In this document: positions 50,371 through 64,000 of the stretch, piece by piece
Numbering within the stretch: position 1 is the stretch's first letter
How the letters are laid out: every line of letters starts with the position of its first letter
Source: the human T2T-CHM13v2.0 reference genome, Homo sapiens
Reading direction: 5' to 3'
NCBI GenBank assembly: GCA_009914755.4
Contig: CP086569.2
Span: 7,904,001-7,968,000 of the forward strand
DNA: 64,000 bases
Notes under the pieces: model-generated
Databases searched by the model: none
What the model was told of the DNA's origin: nothing
Seen by the model: only the letters and a program-made list of their open reading frames with translations
Made by a program: the position numbers and the translations under genes

Positions 50371-52046
50371 GGGCCCTGATTGGAGGTGATTGTGAGAGGT
50401 GACAGCATGCTGGCAGTCCTCAGAACCCTGGCTTGCTCTCGGCACCTCCTCTGCCTGTGCTCCCACTTTGGCGGCACTCGAGGAGCCCTTCAGCCCACTA
50501 GTGCACTGTGACCCCTCTCTGGGCTGGCCAAGGCTGGAGCCAACTCCCTCAGCTTGCAGGGAGGTGTGGAGGGAGAAGCGCAAGTGGGAACCGGGGCTGC
50601 GTGAGGCACTTGCGGGCCAGCTGGAGTTCTGGGTGGGCGTGGGCTTGGCGGGCCCCGCACTCGGAGCAGGCGGCCAGCCCTGCTGGCCCCGGGCAATGAG
50701 AGACTTAGCACCGGGGCAAGAGACTGCGGAGGGTGTACTGGGTCCCCCAGCAGTGCCAGCCCACCAGCGCTGAGCTCGATTTCTCACCGAGGCTTAGCTG
50801 CCTTGCCGCGGGGCAGGGCTCGCGACCAGCAGCCTGCCATGCCTGAGCCTCCCACCCACTCCATGGGCTCCTGTACTGCCCGAGCCTCCCCGACGAGCAC
50901 CTCCCCCTGTTCCACCGCGCTCAGTCCCATCGACCACCCAAGGGCTGAGGAGTGAGAGCGCACGGCACGGTATGGCAGGCAGCTCCACCTGCAGCCCCGG
51001 TGCGGGATCCACTGGGTGAATCCAGCTGGGCTCCTGAGTCTGGTGGGGACGTGGAGAGTCTTTATGCCTAGCTCAGGGATTGTAAATACACCAGTCAGCA
51101 CCCTGTGTGTAGCTCAAGGTTTGTGAGTGCACCAATCGACACTCTGTATCTAGCTGCTCTGGTAGGGCCTTGGAGAACCTTTATGTCTAGCTCAAGGATT
51201 GTAAATACACCAATCAGCAACCTGTGTTTAGCTCAAGGTTTGTGAGTGCACCAATCGACACTCTGTATCTAGCTGCTCTGGTGGGGATGTGGAGAACCTT
51301 TATGTCTAGCTCAGGGATTGTGAATACACCAATTGGCACTCTGTATCTAGATCAAGGTTTGTAAACACACTAATCAGCACCCTGTGTTTAGTTCAAGGTT
51401 TGTGAATGCACCAATCGACACTCTGTATCTGGCTGCTCTGGTGGAGCCTTGGAGAACCTGTGTGTGGAAACTCTGTATCTAACTAATCTGATGGGGACGT
51501 GGAGAACCTTTGTATCTACCTCAGGGATTGTAAACGCACCAATCAGTGCCCTGACAAAACAGGCCACTCGGCTCTACCAATCAGCAGGATGTGGGTGGGG
51601 CCAGATAAGAGAATAAAACCAGGCTGCCCCAGCCAGCATTGGCAACCTGCTCGGGTCCCCTTCCGCCCTGTAGAAGCTTTGTTCTTTTGCTCTTTGCAAT
51701 AAATCTTGCTACTGCTCACTCTTTGGGTCCACGCTGCTTTTATGACCTGTAACATTCACCACGAAGATCTGCAGCTTCACTCCTGAGCCCAGCGAGACCA
51801 CGAGCCCACCGGGAGGAACGAACAACTCCAGATGGGCTGCCTTAAGAGCTGTAATACTCACCGCCAATGTCTGCAGCTTCACTCCTGAGCCAGCGAGACC
51901 ACGAACCCACCAGAAAGAAGAAACTCCGAACAGATCTGAACATCAGAAGGGACAGACTCCAGACGCACCACCTTAAGAGCTGTAACACTCACTGCGAGGG
52001 TCCGCGGCTTCATTCTTGAAGTCAGTGAGACCAAGAACCCACCAAT
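50371..52046 (+). mobile_element. LTR12-family (HERV9/ERV9) solo LTR, sense, ~1.7 kb
   Basis: The 5' part reads …tgtgagaggtgacagcatgctggcagtcctcagaaccctggcttgctctcggcacctcctctgcctgtgctcccactttggcggcactcgaggagcccttcagcc…ggagggagaagcgcaagtgggaaccggggctgcg…. The U3 has ~6 tandem ~70-bp units at ~51060-51550, each with caccaatc(a/g)gcaccctgtg / caccaatcgacactctgtatctagctgctctggtgg. Then come taccaatcagcaggatgtgggtggggccagataagagaataaaaccagg, the poly-A signal …ctttgcaataaatcttgctactgctcactctttgggtccacgctgc…, and repeated …ttcactcctgagcc…agcgagaccacgaacccacc… through …ccaattccggacaca. Confidence 0.8.
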
Positions 52047-53164
52047 TCCGGACACAATTGGATCATGGGAGCAGACTTCTTGTTTATGTTCTCATTATAG
52101 TAAGTAAGATCAAGTTTTTTGAAAATGTGTAGCACTTCCCCCTTTACACTCTCTTTCCTGCCGCCATGTGAAGACACACTTGCTTTGCCTTGGCCCTCTC
52201 CCATAGGTAAGTTTTCTGAGGCCTCCTAGCCATGTCTCCTGCACAGTCGGAGAAACTATGAGCCAATTAAGCCTCCTTTCTTTATAAATTATCCAGCCTC
52301 AGGTATTTCTTTACAGCTGTGTGAAAACAAAATAATTCACTTATATATTGCTTATGTTTTCACATTGTTGTTCTGAAGTAAAATTAATCTTTTTTGTTTT
52401 TAATTCTCATGCTGTTTGAATGTAGTAACAAGACTTTATTCATTTGAAAATTAATTAGGGTTTTCTGTTTTTCTTCTCTTTTTCACTTCTCTGAAACATT
52501 TCTTTCCTTGAATGTGTAGTACAATCCAACTGCAAAAGCAGTTGATTCTAATACTTTTATATAGGGATAATTTAATTGTGGATGCATGTTTTTTAAAATG
52601 ATATAGCAAGTGCAGTTTTCTAGTTCTTCTTGAGTCGGTTTGGGTAACTGACATTTTTGTAGAGACTTTTCTGTTTCACTGAAGAATTAGAATTTGTTTG
52701 CATAAAGATGTTTCTAACATTACCATATTTCTAAATTTCTACTGCGTAGCTGAACATGTCGTCTCTTTGTTTCTTGATATTATGGGTTCTTTCTTTTTGC
52801 AATCAACCTGGTCAGAGATTTGTAGGCTTCATAATCTTCTCAAAGAACTAATTCTGTTTCTATTTGATTAATTTCTGCTCTTGGTTCATTATTTTCTGAT
52901 TAATGTGTTTTTCTTTTGGTGTACTTGTTTCTTCTTTTCCTAAATCTTTATAACAAATGATTCACATATTAGTGTCAGCTTTTCTTATTTCTTCATGAAA
53001 TACAAAATTTTAACCCATTAATTTATCACTAACTTTTAGCAGGAGTCCAAAATAACTGATACTTAATATTCTGAAGTATTATTTCTTTCTGAATTTCAAA
53101 TTTTGTTTTTTTATGTGTTAAGAAGTCTGTCATATATTTCCAATTTACTGGATTAAAAATATGT

Positions 53165-53495
53165 ATATTTTTATTTTTTTAATTTTTTTTTTAGTGATAG
53201 TTTCCCTCTTTATTTCTTTTTTAAATTATTATTTTACTTTAAATTTTAGGGCACATGTGCAGAATGTGCAGGTTTGTTACATATGTACACATGTGCCATG
53301 TTATTGTGCTGCACTATTCACAAGGGCAAAGACTTGGAACGAACCCAAATGTCCAACAATGATAGACTGGAATAAGAAAATGTGGCACGTATACACTGTG
53401 GAATACTATGCAGCCATAAAAAATGATGAGTTCATATCCTTTGTAGGGATATGGATGAACCTGGAAACCATCATTCTCAGCCAAAAATATGTATT
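53165..53495. mobile_element. Small L1 3' fragment with internal inversion (antisense 3'UTR 53165-53305, sense ORF2 C-terminus 53306-53495)
   Basis: ttttactttaaattttagggcacatgtgcagaatgtgcaggtttgttacatatgtacacatgtgccatgttattgtgctgcac is the reverse complement of the L1 3' end. It is followed by AKTWNEPKCPTMIDWNKKMWHVYTVEYYAAIKNDEFISFVGIWMNLETIILSQ in plus sense. Confidence 0.7.
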
Positions 53496-54232
53496 TTTTA
53501 TACTTGTTTGTATTGGAATCAGAGAATGTGTTCTTGATAATACATGAACTTTTGAAATGTATTGAGACTTGCTTTATGCCATAGTATATCTTTAAATGCC
53601 ACTGAATTTTTAGAACGGTTTGCATTATGAGGTACTATATCATATAACTGCCTCTCAGATAGTTTTTGAATAGCCTCTTACATAGTTTAACCTCTGCTGA
53701 ACCAATAATTTTGGAGTGTTGTATTAAAATGTTACATTATAGTGTAATTAATTTATTATAATCACATCAATTTTTGCTGTATATATTTTAGAAGTGTAGA
53801 TTAACCCTGTATTAGACTCCTAGTCTATTGAAAGTTTTGTTGTTATATAGGTGACCATAATTTTTCCTTTATTATTAATTGTTTCTTTAAATCTGAAAAT
53901 ATGCAGTGCTTACGAGGGACACAGAATTTAACCGGTATATCCATTTAATAATTTATTAACTGTTTCTTGTTTGTGTTTGATGTGTTTCATAAGCAGCACA
54001 GAGCTCCAGTTTTTAAAAATATATATATTTTTAGTAGACGTTAAATTTTTTATTATTCAAATATTTAGATTTATGTCTATAGTTTTAAATTTTTATTTAT
54101 ATTTGCCCTACATTTTAGGTTTCACCTTCATCTCCTGTTTAAAATTGGTTGTATTAACGTGTTTTATTTTTTTCTTTTTGTATATTGTCATGAGTTGAAA
54201 AATTCTATCTTATCTTTAAAACCAATCAATAT

Positions 54233-54499
54233 CTGTAATCCCAGTACTTTGGGAGGCCTAGGAGGGCAGATCAGGAGGTCAGGAGATCGAGACCATCCTG
54301 GCTAACACGGTGAAACCCTGTCTCTACTAAAAATACAAAAGAATTAGCCGGGCGAGGTGGCAGGATCCCGTAGTCCCAGCTATTCAGGAGGCTGAGGCAG
54401 GAGAATGGCGTGAACCCGGGATGCGGAGATTGTAGTGAGCAGAGATCGCACCACTGCACTCCAGCCTGGGTGGCAGAGTGAGACTCCATCTCAAAAAAA
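54233..54499 (+). mobile_element. Alu (5'-truncated by ~20 bp), AluY-like
   Basis: ctgtaatcccagtactttgggaggcctaggagggcagatcaggaggtcaggagatcgagaccatcctggctaacacggtgaaaccc…gcactccagcctgggtggcagagtgagactccatctcaaaaaaa. Confidence 0.85.
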
Positions 54500-56601
54500 T
54501 ATATGTGTATATCTTTACCAGCTTTAGGAAGAATTCAAGATATTTTCATGTTTTTATTTTGATTTGTTTTATTTTGTATGCTTTAATACAATATTTTGAA
54601 TTCTATCTTCATTAAATTGTGTAAAATGTATTATTATTAAAAATGTTGATAACTACATGCCATTGTTTTACTAGGTTTCTTCAAAAATGACCTTCCCTTT
54701 TTTTCCTAGAAACTTCTTATGGAGAACGTCTCTGATCTAGAAAATCTTTCGGCATTTTTTCAGTCACTTTATTTTTTATCAATATTTCTTTCTTTTCTGG
54801 GAATAAAATTATGTTCTTGATTTTAGTTTACTCATTCGGGTCTTTCAAGGAATTAAAATTTCTGACTTTTGTTCTCTAAATGCTCTATTGAGTTTTTTAC
54901 TTTCCAAGTATTGTATTTATTGCATCTAAAATTTCTCTTTTATATCTAGATTTTCAGACTTATCTTAAATATCTTATAATTATCTTTTAGTACTTGACCA
55001 TACTTCTAATATTACTGTTTTATTTTTTAAAGTTTATTAAGCTACTTTTGTTGTATTCAATGCCTGCTTATAAAAGATCTGCAGTATTTCTCAAATTGTC
55101 CCTGTTTTTTCTGCTTGTATTTTTCATGATGGTTTATTTCATGACTTTTTAATATTTTTCTTATTTATGTGAATCATCTAAATTTCAGGAAAATTCTTTA
55201 AGGCCTGAGTTTAATTTTTTTTAAAAGGATATTTGTTGTGCAACAGCCAGGTGCTGTACAAAATACTTTTTACACACAATTTTTACACTTAGTTTATGGA
55301 AAGTGACAGAAAGGGTATACATTCTGTTGTCAAAACTACATAATAACAGGTTTTGGCTATAAAATTAAAGAGTAAGCATCACATCTATGCTCTTTAAAAC
55401 TGAAAACCAAGTTTAAGATGAATATCTTTCTCTCTCTCTGTGGGGAGAGTTTGAATGGCTGTATTATCAAAGGTTTCACTATAAGCCATCTGCAAGCTGA
55501 GGAGCAAGGAGAGTCAATCCAGGTCCACAAACTAAACAACTTGGAGACTGTGATTGAGGGCAGAAAGCATCCAGCTTGGGAGAAAGATATAGTCTGGGAG
55601 ACTAGGCCAGTCTCGTCTTTTCATATTTTTCTACCTGGAAGCTAGTCATGCTGGCAGCTGATTAGATGGTGCCCAGTGAGGTTAAGGGAGGGTCTGCCTT
55701 TTGCAGCTCACTTACACAAACATTAATCTCCTTTGGCAACACCATTACAGACACACAGAGGATAAATACTTTTCCTTCTCCAATCCAATCATATTGACAC
55801 TCAGTATTAACTATCACAAGTCCACCCCTGGTCAACTTGAACCCATACATATTTCCTGTGATTATACATAATCTTTGAATAAAGAAAATAATAAGGTCAC
55901 AATTATGCCTAATATAATACAACTATTCTTCATAAAACAGGAAATGCACCAATCCCCAACCCAAATGCAATTACATGAAGTTAATAATACTTAAATGCTA
56001 AGGTGAAGTTAATAAATCTTATAACACATAATAAAGGAAAAAGGAAATAAGGATATTTTCTTAGTATGAGTGTATGAACACACAAAAATGTAAAATGTTT
56101 TTAACAAAAGACGGAGAAAATACATATGACAGTTAAAGTTCTAGTTTTTGCAGCTGGTCAAGTGGTTGTAGCTGGTATTGATGACTACCTTCTTCTACTA
56201 CCCATTCTGTATTCCCTTTGGCTTCAGCAAGCACCTGAGCATGTTCTGAGATTGGCCACAGTGAGACAATATCACTAAGCATGTTAATTAATTTGGTTGA
56301 ATCAATTATTTAACCAAAATGATGACTTAGAAATATAAAAAGCAAAAGCTTTTTATAATTCTTTACAAATTTTGCTAAAGAACATATTTGTGCCTTTAGA
56401 GTACCTTGCTGTACTCTCATTTCAAGGCTCAACTAAAAAAAAATGTATGATACCTTTTTAAATTTAATTAATGTTCACAAAGAATTCCTTTGGCAAGATT
56501 TATTTTTACAGTCCTTCCACAACTTGTTTGTATTTTTAGCTTTATCTTATCTTATTCAGATTAAATGTTTTACCCTAGGCAAGAATTTATATATTCATGC
56601 C

Positions 56602-56898
56602 TTTTTTTTTTTTTTTTTTTTTTGAGAGTCTTGTGCTGTCACCCAGGCTGCTGTGCAGTGGCGCAATCTCGTCTCACTGCAAGCTCCGCCTCCCAGGTTA
56701 ACGCCATTCTCTTGCCTCAGTCTCCAGAGTAGCTGGGACTACAGGCGCCCACCACCACGCCCGGCTAATTTTTTGTATTTTTAGTAGAGACGGGTTTCAC
56801 CATGTTAGCCAGGATGGTCTCGATCTCCTGACCCCATGATCCGCCTGCCTCGGCCTCCCAAAGTGCTGGGATTACAGGCGTGAGCTACCGCGCCCAGC
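56602..56898 (-). mobile_element. Young Alu (AluY-like), antisense, ~27-nt poly-T tail; TSD tattcatgcc(tt) at 56592-56601 and 56899-56910
   Basis: tatattcatgcc|ttttttttttttttttttttttgagagtcttgtgctgtcacccaggctgctgtgcagtggcgcaatctcgtctcactgcaagctccgcctcccagg…ggcgtgagctaccgcgcccagc|tattcatgccttc. Confidence 0.9.
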
Positions 56899-57000
56899 TA
56901 TTCATGCCTTCTTATAATTTTTTAATAAAAACATTTTACTATATGTAAATCATTTACTCATATGTTAATCTACTTAAAGGAAATTGCTGACAGTGGGAAG

Positions 57001-57027
57001 AAAAGAAAAGAAAAGAAAAGAAAAAAA
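57001..57027. repeat. (GAAAA)n microsatellite
   Basis: gaaaagaaaagaaaagaaaagaaaaaaagg. Confidence 0.85.
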
Positions 57028-57487
57028 GGCTTAAGTATAGGGCAGGAAAGAAAATTTTCATTCTTTTGCAAATGGGTTCCTTCAACAAGGAGAAAAACTT
57101 AATTGCTGTTGGGTGAGGCTGGATCCTTTGGTCAGTGAAGGTGAAAACATCATGAATGCCTGGCATTTTTCAGCCCAGAGGAGATGTTAATGTGGAGCCA
57201 CCATTCAACTAAGCATCCTACATGTGCCTGGGGCTGTTTGGGTAAGGTGATGCAGAGTTTCCTCTACCCTCCGGAGAAGTCCAAGAATGAAAAGTCTCAC
57301 AAACAAAAGAGAAAAAGATTTTTTGGTTTACATCTTCCCTTACCTCAAGTCCCACATCTACACACTGATGTGTTATACAACTTTCTCCTTAGTTAAGATT
57401 AAACAAGAATCTTGTCACATGATTATGAAGGAAGAGGCTAATGAATACACTGAAGGATCAGAAGTAAAGTTTATTGGGCCAAAAGGT

Positions 57488-57528
57488 AAAAGAAAACAAA
57501 ACAAAACAAAAAACAAAAAAATCCTGTC
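57488..57528. repeat. (CAAAA)n / A-rich microsatellite
   Basis: aaaagaaaacaaaacaaaacaaaaaacaaaaaaatcc. Confidence 0.8.
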
Positions 57529-57534
57529 AGCAAA

Positions 57535-57655
57535 GTGAGAGGCACTCTTGTTATAGGCCTCGACCTCAGAGATTGACTCGAGGCTTGGGCCTCACCCGCA
57601 TAGAGCACCGTGACATGAAAGTTAAACCTGTAGCAAGATGATGTAACTCTTTTTT
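57535..57655. repeat. Left-hand remnant of the ~65-70-bp tandem array that continues at 62944-64000 (array split by the L1 insertion)
   Basis: …catagagcaccgtgacatgaaagttaaacctgtagcaagatgatgtaactc shares the motifs gcacc..gtgacat and (a)agatgatg(t/a)(a/g)actc with units on the other side of the L1. Confidence 0.4.
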
Positions 57656-62095
<4,440 letters not shown>

Positions 62096-62099
62096 AACT

Positions 62100-62924
62100 T
62101 TGACACCTCACACGGCCAGGTACTCCAACAGACCTGCAGCTGAGGTTCCTGTCTATTAGAAGGAAAACTAACAAACAGAAAGGACATCCACACCAAAAGC
62201 CCATCTGTATATCAGCATCATCAAAGACCCAAAGTAGATAAAATCACAAAGATGGGGAAAAAAATAGAGCAGAAAAACTGGAAACTCTAAAAAGCAGAGT
62301 GCCTTTCCTCCTCCAAAGGAACGTAGTACCTCACCAGCAAGGAACAAAGCTGAACGGAGAATGACTTTGACGAGCTGAGAGAAGAAGGCTTCAGATGATC
62401 AAATTACTCTGAGCTATGGGAGGACATTCAAACCAAAGGCAAAGAAGTTGAAAACTTTGAAAAGAATTTAGAAGAATGTATAACTAGAATAACCAATACA
62501 GAGAAGTGCTTAAAGGAGCTGATGGAGCTGAAAACCAAGGGTCAATAACTACATGAAGAATGCAGAAGCCACAGGAGCCGATGCGATCAACTGGAAGAAA
62601 GGGTATCAGCGATGGAAGATGAAATGAATGAAATGAAGCACGAAGGGAAGTTTAGAGAAAAAAGAATAAAAAGAAATGAGCAAAACCTTCAAGAAATATG
62701 GGACTATGTGAAAAGACCTAATCTACGTCTTATTGGTGTACCTGAAAGTGACGGGGAGAATGGAACCAAGTTGGAAAACACTCTGCAGGATATTATCCAG
62801 GAGAACTTCCCCAATCTAGCAAGGCAGGCCAACATTCAGATTCAGGAAATACAGAGAACGCCACAAAGATACTGCTCGAGAAGAGCAACTCCAAGACACA
62901 TAATTGTCAGATTCACCAAAGTTG
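62100..62924 (+). mobile_element. Inverted 5' segment of the same L1 (end of 5'UTR + ORF1 N-terminal two-thirds, sense on plus strand): twin-priming-type 5' inversion
   Basis: 5'UTR end …ggaaaactaacaaacagaaaggacatccacaccaaaagcccatctgtatatcagcatcatcaaagacccaaagtagataaaatcacaaagATGGGGAAAAAAATAGAGCAG. The ORF1 translation …ENDFDELREEGFR*SNYSELWEDIQTKGKEVENFEKNLEECITRITNTEKCLKELMELKTK…RCDQLEERVSAMEDEMNEMKHEGKFREKRIKRNEQNLQEIWDYVKRPNLRLIGVPESDGENGTKLENTLQDIIQENFPNLARQANIQIQEIQRTPQRY…IIVRFTKVE ends exactly where the antisense part begins (…VEM|KEKML…). Confidence 0.85.
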
Positions 62925-62943
62925 AGATGATGTTACTCTTTTT

Positions 62944-64000
62944 CCTTGGTGTTTTCCTAAGGAAGCCTTGTGACATATCTCAGGACCCAGCACCGAGGTG
63001 ATGTGGCCCTTTTGCCTGGTTTCTTCCCATGTGTTAGACTGTGACATATACCTAAAGAAACACCTAGGTGATGCCACTCTCTTCTTCTTCTTGAGTCCTG
63101 CTTCAGGACATAGTGACTCTATATACACACCTAGGTAACAGTTAAAGGTGCCACCCTCAAAGATGAGCAGATTGTGTCATATCACTGGGCCTAGTACCCA
63201 GTTGTTAAAACTTTTGCTTAAATTATTTCTTGTGTGTATTGTGACATATCATGTCAGAATCATAATAATGTGACACTTTTGCCCTGGCCCTGCCAACAAG
63301 AGATATCATCACATATCTCTGAGCCTAACTGGTAGGTGATTTGTCTTTTTCTTGTGCTTTGCCCCCAAGAAATATTGTGATATTTTTGTATGTAGCATCT
63401 AGGAAATGTATCTCTTCTCTCTTGCCTAGGACCTCCCTACTAAAGGAATTGTGCCATACAGCTGAGTGCAAAACCTTGGTAGTGCAACTTTCCCCTTTAT
63501 TCTGGAGTTTGTTACGAGAGGGGATTATGACATATTGCTGAGCCCAGCACCTAGGTGATGTGAGTTTCCTGTTTTTTTCAACCCTGTCTACAGTGGACAT
63601 GGTGCCATATTACTTGTGGCTGTATCCAGGTGATGTGACTCTCCTTGCTTGCCCCTGCCAGCAAAGGAGTTGATAGTGTATCAGGAGCTCAGCATCAAGG
63701 TGATGAGACTCTCCTTCCTTGTTTTTGCCCACAGGTGAAATTATGTCATATGCCTGGGATCATCTCACATGCACAATTATAACCATCAAACTGGGACCCA
63801 GAAAGGAGAGAGATTTTGATTCTTATAGCTAGTCTTATTGCCATAAGTAAAATAATGGGTCTCCTAATTGTATAAAGTTCACAGAGGATTATGACACTCA
63901 GACATATCATATAAAGCCTCAGTGGTAAAAAGAGTGTCATGATAGGGAAGAACAACCTGGGGTGATTGCAAATCATGGAGGCACACCCAGCTAGCTTGAT
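62944..64000. repeat. Tandem array (minisatellite) of a ~65-70-bp unit, >=12 units, runs to the window end
   Basis: Units recur with the cores ttgtgacatat(c/a)…(c/t)agcacc(t/g)aggtgatg(t/c)g(a/g)c…ctct(c/t)c(t/c)t…ttgcccc…. Examples: tgtgacatatctcaggacccagcaccgaggtgatgtggcccttttgcctggtttcttcccatg; tatgacatattgctgagcccagcacctaggtgatgtgagtttcctg; tatccaggtgatgtgactctccttgcttgcccctgccagcaaaggag; catcaaggtgatgagactctccttccttgtttttgcccacagg. Confidence 0.75.

Overview
This window is primate (human-type) nuclear genomic DNA, not a prokaryotic or viral locus. It is rich in Alu and L1 copies, carries an LTR12/ERV9-type LTR and a proviral remnant, and has microsatellites. I found no intact protein-coding gene and no sign of a novel defence or other 'system'. 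The informative content is two kinds of gene-family relics.

- **RBMY-family pseudogene (minus strand, ~16.4-29.1 kb).** Eight recognisable exons keep the RBMY exon order and plausible splice sites. Exon 1 is near-identical to RBMY1 ([32 protein letters not shown]) apart from a 1-bp deletion, and the last exon ends in [16 protein letters not shown]. Two in-frame TGA codons sit where RBMY has CGA (arginine), there are several frameshifts, and only one SRGY box is present.
- **Two diverged TSPY-like pseudogene copies (plus strand, ~3.44-5.6 kb and ~32.0-34.1 kb).** Their exon-1 translations align to TSPY (…[31 protein letters not shown]…, …PVNAQ…GFWANVI…). They are direct repeats about 28.6 kb apart and flank the RBMY-like locus. 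Copy 1 is 5'-truncated at an inverted L1 fragment. Copy 2 keeps a CpG-rich upstream region with tandem CCAAT boxes and GC boxes.
- **Likely origin.** TSPY and RBMY together make a male-specific Y-chromosome (ampliconic/TSPY-RBMY mixed cluster) origin the most likely source. That is an inference, not something the sequence proves.
- **Mobile elements.** A ~5.3-kb L1 (57.66-62.92 kb) has a twin-priming-type 5' inversion and ~19-bp target-site duplications, and sits inside a ~65-70-bp-unit tandem array. A 5'-truncated L1 lies in an RBMY-like intron. An LTR12 solo LTR abuts an oppositely oriented ERV internal remnant that has an integrase motif. A young AluY is nested in an older Alu with a 14-bp TSD.

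All protein identities come from my recall of the TSPY1, RBMY1A1, RBMX and L1 ORF1/ORF2 sequences. They need confirmation by alignment.
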